A DNA stretch of 64,000 nucleotides from an uncultured Aliarcobacter sp. (GTDB lineage: Bacteria > Campylobacterota > Campylobacteria > Campylobacterales > Arcobacteraceae), in the NCBI GenBank assembly GCA_963664305.2, contig CAXXLV010000002.1, positions 1,536,001-1,600,000 of the forward strand, in the 5' to 3' direction. The notes beneath the pieces are model-generated. The model was given only the letters and a program-made list of their open reading frames with translations, did no database searches and was not told the DNA's origin. Made by a program: the position numbers and the translations under genes. Shown one piece after another: positions 61,061 through 64,000 of this stretch. Position 1 is the stretch's first letter. Each line of letters opens with the position of its first letter.

Positions 61061-64000
61061 ATGAATAAATTATTAAAAAATATTTTCAGTATGGAAGTAA
61101 TGACTGTTTTTTTGATATTTTTAGCTTTATCATGTGCAGTTGCAACATTTATTGAAAATGATTTTGGACCACTTGGTTCTAAATCTTTTGTATATGGACA
61201 AACTTGGTTTGAAGCAATTATGTTAATCCTTACAATTGGAATATCTTTTAATATTTTATGGTTCAAAATGTACAAAAAAGAAAAATTCTTTATTTTTATG
61301 ATTCATATCTCTTTAATTTTTATTTTCGTAGGTTCAGCACTTACTAGATATTTAGGTTACGAAGCTATTATGACTATTCCTGAAGGTGCTATGGAAAATC
61401 GAATTTATTCAACTGATGAATACATTCAAATAAAAATAGATGATAAAATTTTTGATAAAAAAGTTTTAATGACACCATTAAATCAAACATATTTTGAATA
61501 TCAAACAACATTAAATAATAAACCACTAACTATAAAATTTGATAATTTTATTCAAAATGGTGTTGAAAAAGTTGTTCCTAGTTCAAATGGAAAAATTATT
61601 ATGGATATTTTAGTTTCTGAAATGATGGGAGCTAAAAATATAAATTTAGAAAACAATCAAGAGATAGAAACAAACTTTTTAGTATTTACACTAAATAAAA
61701 AAATAGATACAAATAAACCAACTGTAAATTTTGAAACAATAAATGGTGATTTTTTTATTAGTTCAAATATTCAACTTACTTTATATTCAAATGATTTACA
61801 AAAAGAGTTATCAATTGATGCAAATACAAAAACAAAAATAGAACAAAATAAAATCTATAAAATTGGACAAACTCAATTTAAAATTTCAACTGCTTTATTA
61901 AATGGAGAATTAAAAGTTGTGAGTGTTAATCCATCAGAAATTCCAAAAGAACAACAACTGAATGTTGTGATGGTAAATTTAAACTATGACAATAAAAATA
62001 TAAAAATTCCGCTTTATGGGAAAGGTGGTTCAAATAAAGGAATTATAAAAAAAGTAACACTTGAAAATAGTGAAATTGAACTACAATGGGGAAGTAAAGA
62101 GTTTTTATTACCTTTTTCAATTTTATTAAATGATTTTGTACTTGAAAGATATCCTGGGTCTAATGCTCCATCAGCTTATTCAAGTGATGTAAAAGTTTAT
62201 GATAAACAAAACAATAATTCATTTGAGTATAAAATTTTTATGAACAATGTTTTGGATTATAAAGGATATAGATTTTTCCAATCATCTTATAAAATGGACG
62301 AAAGTGCAACTATTTTATCTGTAAATAAAGACCCAGGGAAAATCCCAACATATATTGGATATTTTTTACTTTTTAGTGGACTTTTTTTAACTTTTTTTGT
62401 AAAAAATAGTAGATTCAAAAAACTTAGCTCTAAAAAATATACTATTGAAGATATTAAAAAAAGCTATTATCTAAAAAAATCATTAGCTACTCTTTTATTT
62501 ATTTCATTATTTCTATTTGCTCCTCAAAAAGCTATTTGTGAAGATAATGATTTTATCTTTAATATAAATAAACAACATAGTGAAAAATTAGGAAGTTTGA
62601 TAATTCAAGATTATCAAGGAAGATTAAAACCATTAAATTCCCTTGCTATTGAAATCATAAATAAGATTTCTAGAAAAAATGAGATAAAAGGTTTAGATGC
62701 AAATCAATTTTTTATTAGTATGATGTTATATCCTGAAATTTGGAAAACTCTACCAATTTATAATGTAAAAGATGAAAATATTAAAGAATTACTAAAAATA
62801 AAATCTTCAGAATCATTTTTTAAATTCAATGACATCTACTCAATTTATGGCGGAGGATATAAACTTGAAAATTCTTTGGAAATTTCAAACAATAAACCAA
62901 GTTCAACTAGAGACAATTTCGATAAAGAATTAATCAAAATTGATGAGAGATTAAATATCTCTTACTCATTATTTAATGGAGATTTTTTTAAAGTTTTTCC
63001 TTTAAAAGATGATTTAAATAACAAATGGTTAAATATAAATGAAGCCTCTTCTTTACAAAACGAACAATCAAAAATCATAAAAGAATTAATCAAAAACTAC
63101 TATTTTGCACTTTTAGAGGCAACAAAATCAAATGATTGGGAAAAAGCAGATATCTATTTAGAACAAATCAAAACTTATCAACATAGTTTTAATTTAGATA
63201 TTATGCCTAGTGAATTAAAAGTAAATATTGAACTTTTATTTAATAAATTTAATATCTTTGAAAGACTTACACCTTTTTACTTAATCTTAGGTTTTATACT
63301 AATTATTTTAGTATTTATAAATATCTTTAATCCAAATATCAAAATTGAAAAAGTTAAAAAAATCACTTTATATTTGTTGATTATTGGTTTCTTCTTTCAT
63401 ACATTTGGATTAGGTTTAAGATGGTATATTTCAGGTCACGCACCTTGGTCAAATGGATATGAATCTATGATTTATATTGCTTGGGCAATTGTACTTTCGG
63501 GAATATATTTTTCAAAACAATCACATCTAGCACTTGCTGTTACTTCAATTTTAAGTGGAATTACACTTTTTGTAGCACACTTAAGTTGGATGGAACCACA
63601 AATAACAACATTAACTCCTGTTCTAAAATCATATTGGCTTACTATTCATGTAAGTGTTATTACTGCTAGTTATGGTTTTTTAGCACTTAGTTGTTTACTT
63701 GGATTTATTTCTCTTTGCTTATTTATATTCCTTAATCCAAAAAAAGAAGATGAAAAGTTTTTTAGAATACTACTAAGTATAAAAGAATCAAATAGAATAA
63801 ATGAAATGTCTATTTTAATAGGTTTAGTTTTTCTTGTTATTGGAAATTTCTTAGGTGGAATTTGGGCAAATGAATCATGGGGAAGATATTGGGGTTGGGA
63901 TCCTAAAGAGACATGGACACTAATTTCAATAATTATTTATGCAATTATTATTCATTTAAAATATATAAAAGGCGTTTTAAATGACTATTTATTTAGTTTA
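61061..64000 (+). CDS. nrfI: System II cytochrome c synthase, CcsBA fusion (NrfI-type); runs off window end; not in ORF track
   Basis: ATG 61061; ATFIENDFG, HISLIFI; same-frame WWD domain WANESWGRYWGWDPKETW near 63860-63915; directly after nrfA. Confidence 0.85.
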   Translation, partial: MNKLLKNIFSMEVMTVFLIFLALSCAVATFIENDFGPLGSKSFVYGQTWFEAIMLILTIGISFNILWFKMYKKEKFFIFMIHISLIFIFVGSALTRYLGYEAIMTIPEGAMENRIYSTDEYIQIKIDDKIFDKKVLMTPLNQTYFEYQTTLNNKPLTIKFDNFIQNGVEKVVPSSNGKIIMDILVSEMMGAKNINLENNQEIETNFLVFTLNKKIDTNKPTVNFETINGDFFISSNIQLTLYSNDLQKELSIDANTKTKIEQNKIYKIGQTQFKISTALLNGELKVVSVNPSEIPKEQQLNVVMVNLNYDNKNIKIPLYGKGGSNKGIIKKVTLENSEIELQWGSKEFLLPFSILLNDFVLERYPGSNAPSAYSSDVKVYDKQNNNSFEYKIFMNNVLDYKGYRFFQSSYKMDESATILSVNKDPGKIPTYIGYFLLFSGLFLTFFVKNSRFKKLSSKKYTIEDIKKSYYLKKSLATLLFISLFLFAPQKAICEDNDFIFNINKQHSEKLGSLIIQDYQGRLKPLNSLAIEIINKISRKNEIKGLDANQFFISMMLYPEIWKTLPIYNVKDENIKELLKIKSSESFFKFNDIYSIYGGGYKLENSLEISNNKPSSTRDNFDKELIKIDERLNISYSLFNGDFFKVFPLKDDLNNKWLNINEASSLQNEQSKIIKELIKNYYFALLEATKSNDWEKADIYLEQIKTYQHSFNLDIMPSELKVNIELLFNKFNIFERLTPFYLILGFILIILVFINIFNPNIKIEKVKKITLYLLIIGFFFHTFGLGLRWYISGHAPWSNGYESMIYIAWAIVLSGIYFSKQSHLALAVTSILSGITLFVAHLSWMEPQITTLTPVLKSYWLTIHVSVITASYGFLALSCLLGFISLCLFIFLNPKKEDEKFFRILLSIKESNRINEMSILIGLVFLVIGNFLGGIWANESWGRYWGWDPKETWTLISIIIYAIIIHLKYIKGVLNDYLFSL

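Overview
AT-rich Campylobacterota chromosome segment, most consistent with Arcobacteraceae (inferred from the napAGHBFLD order, nrfHA-nrfI, a CosR/HsrA-type regulator, Peb4 and a MOMP-type porin). It has four blocks. (1) 57-4655: signalling and housekeeping genes. (2) About 4.7-27.2 kb: a PQQ alcohol-oxidation cluster with aldehyde dehydrogenase, a FIST-domain kinase plus OmpR-type regulator, pqqABCDE (pqqA is missing from the ORF track), a lipoprotein PedH/ExaF-like dehydrogenase with the lanthanide-type D-x-D motif, a PedA1A2BC-like ABC system, a porin, a second ABC system, cytochrome c550 and SoxYZ-like/metallohydrolase partners. Seven promoters in this cluster share an 11-bp-periodic GCTA repeat placed exactly 11 nt before a -10 hexamer. 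(3) 30631-40032: an apparently complete 9,384-bp filamentous prophage (inovirus) with 18-bp att repeats, its own tyrosine integrase, three coat ORFs missing from the track, and an excisionase-like gene split by a T9 tract whose N-terminal part shares LEEKIKLLE with the phage repressor. (4) 40-64 kb: core genes, then nitrate/nitrite respiration (nap, nrfHA, nrfI running off the window end) with two TTGA-N6-TCAA boxes. All family assignments come from motif recognition by eye; no database searches were run.
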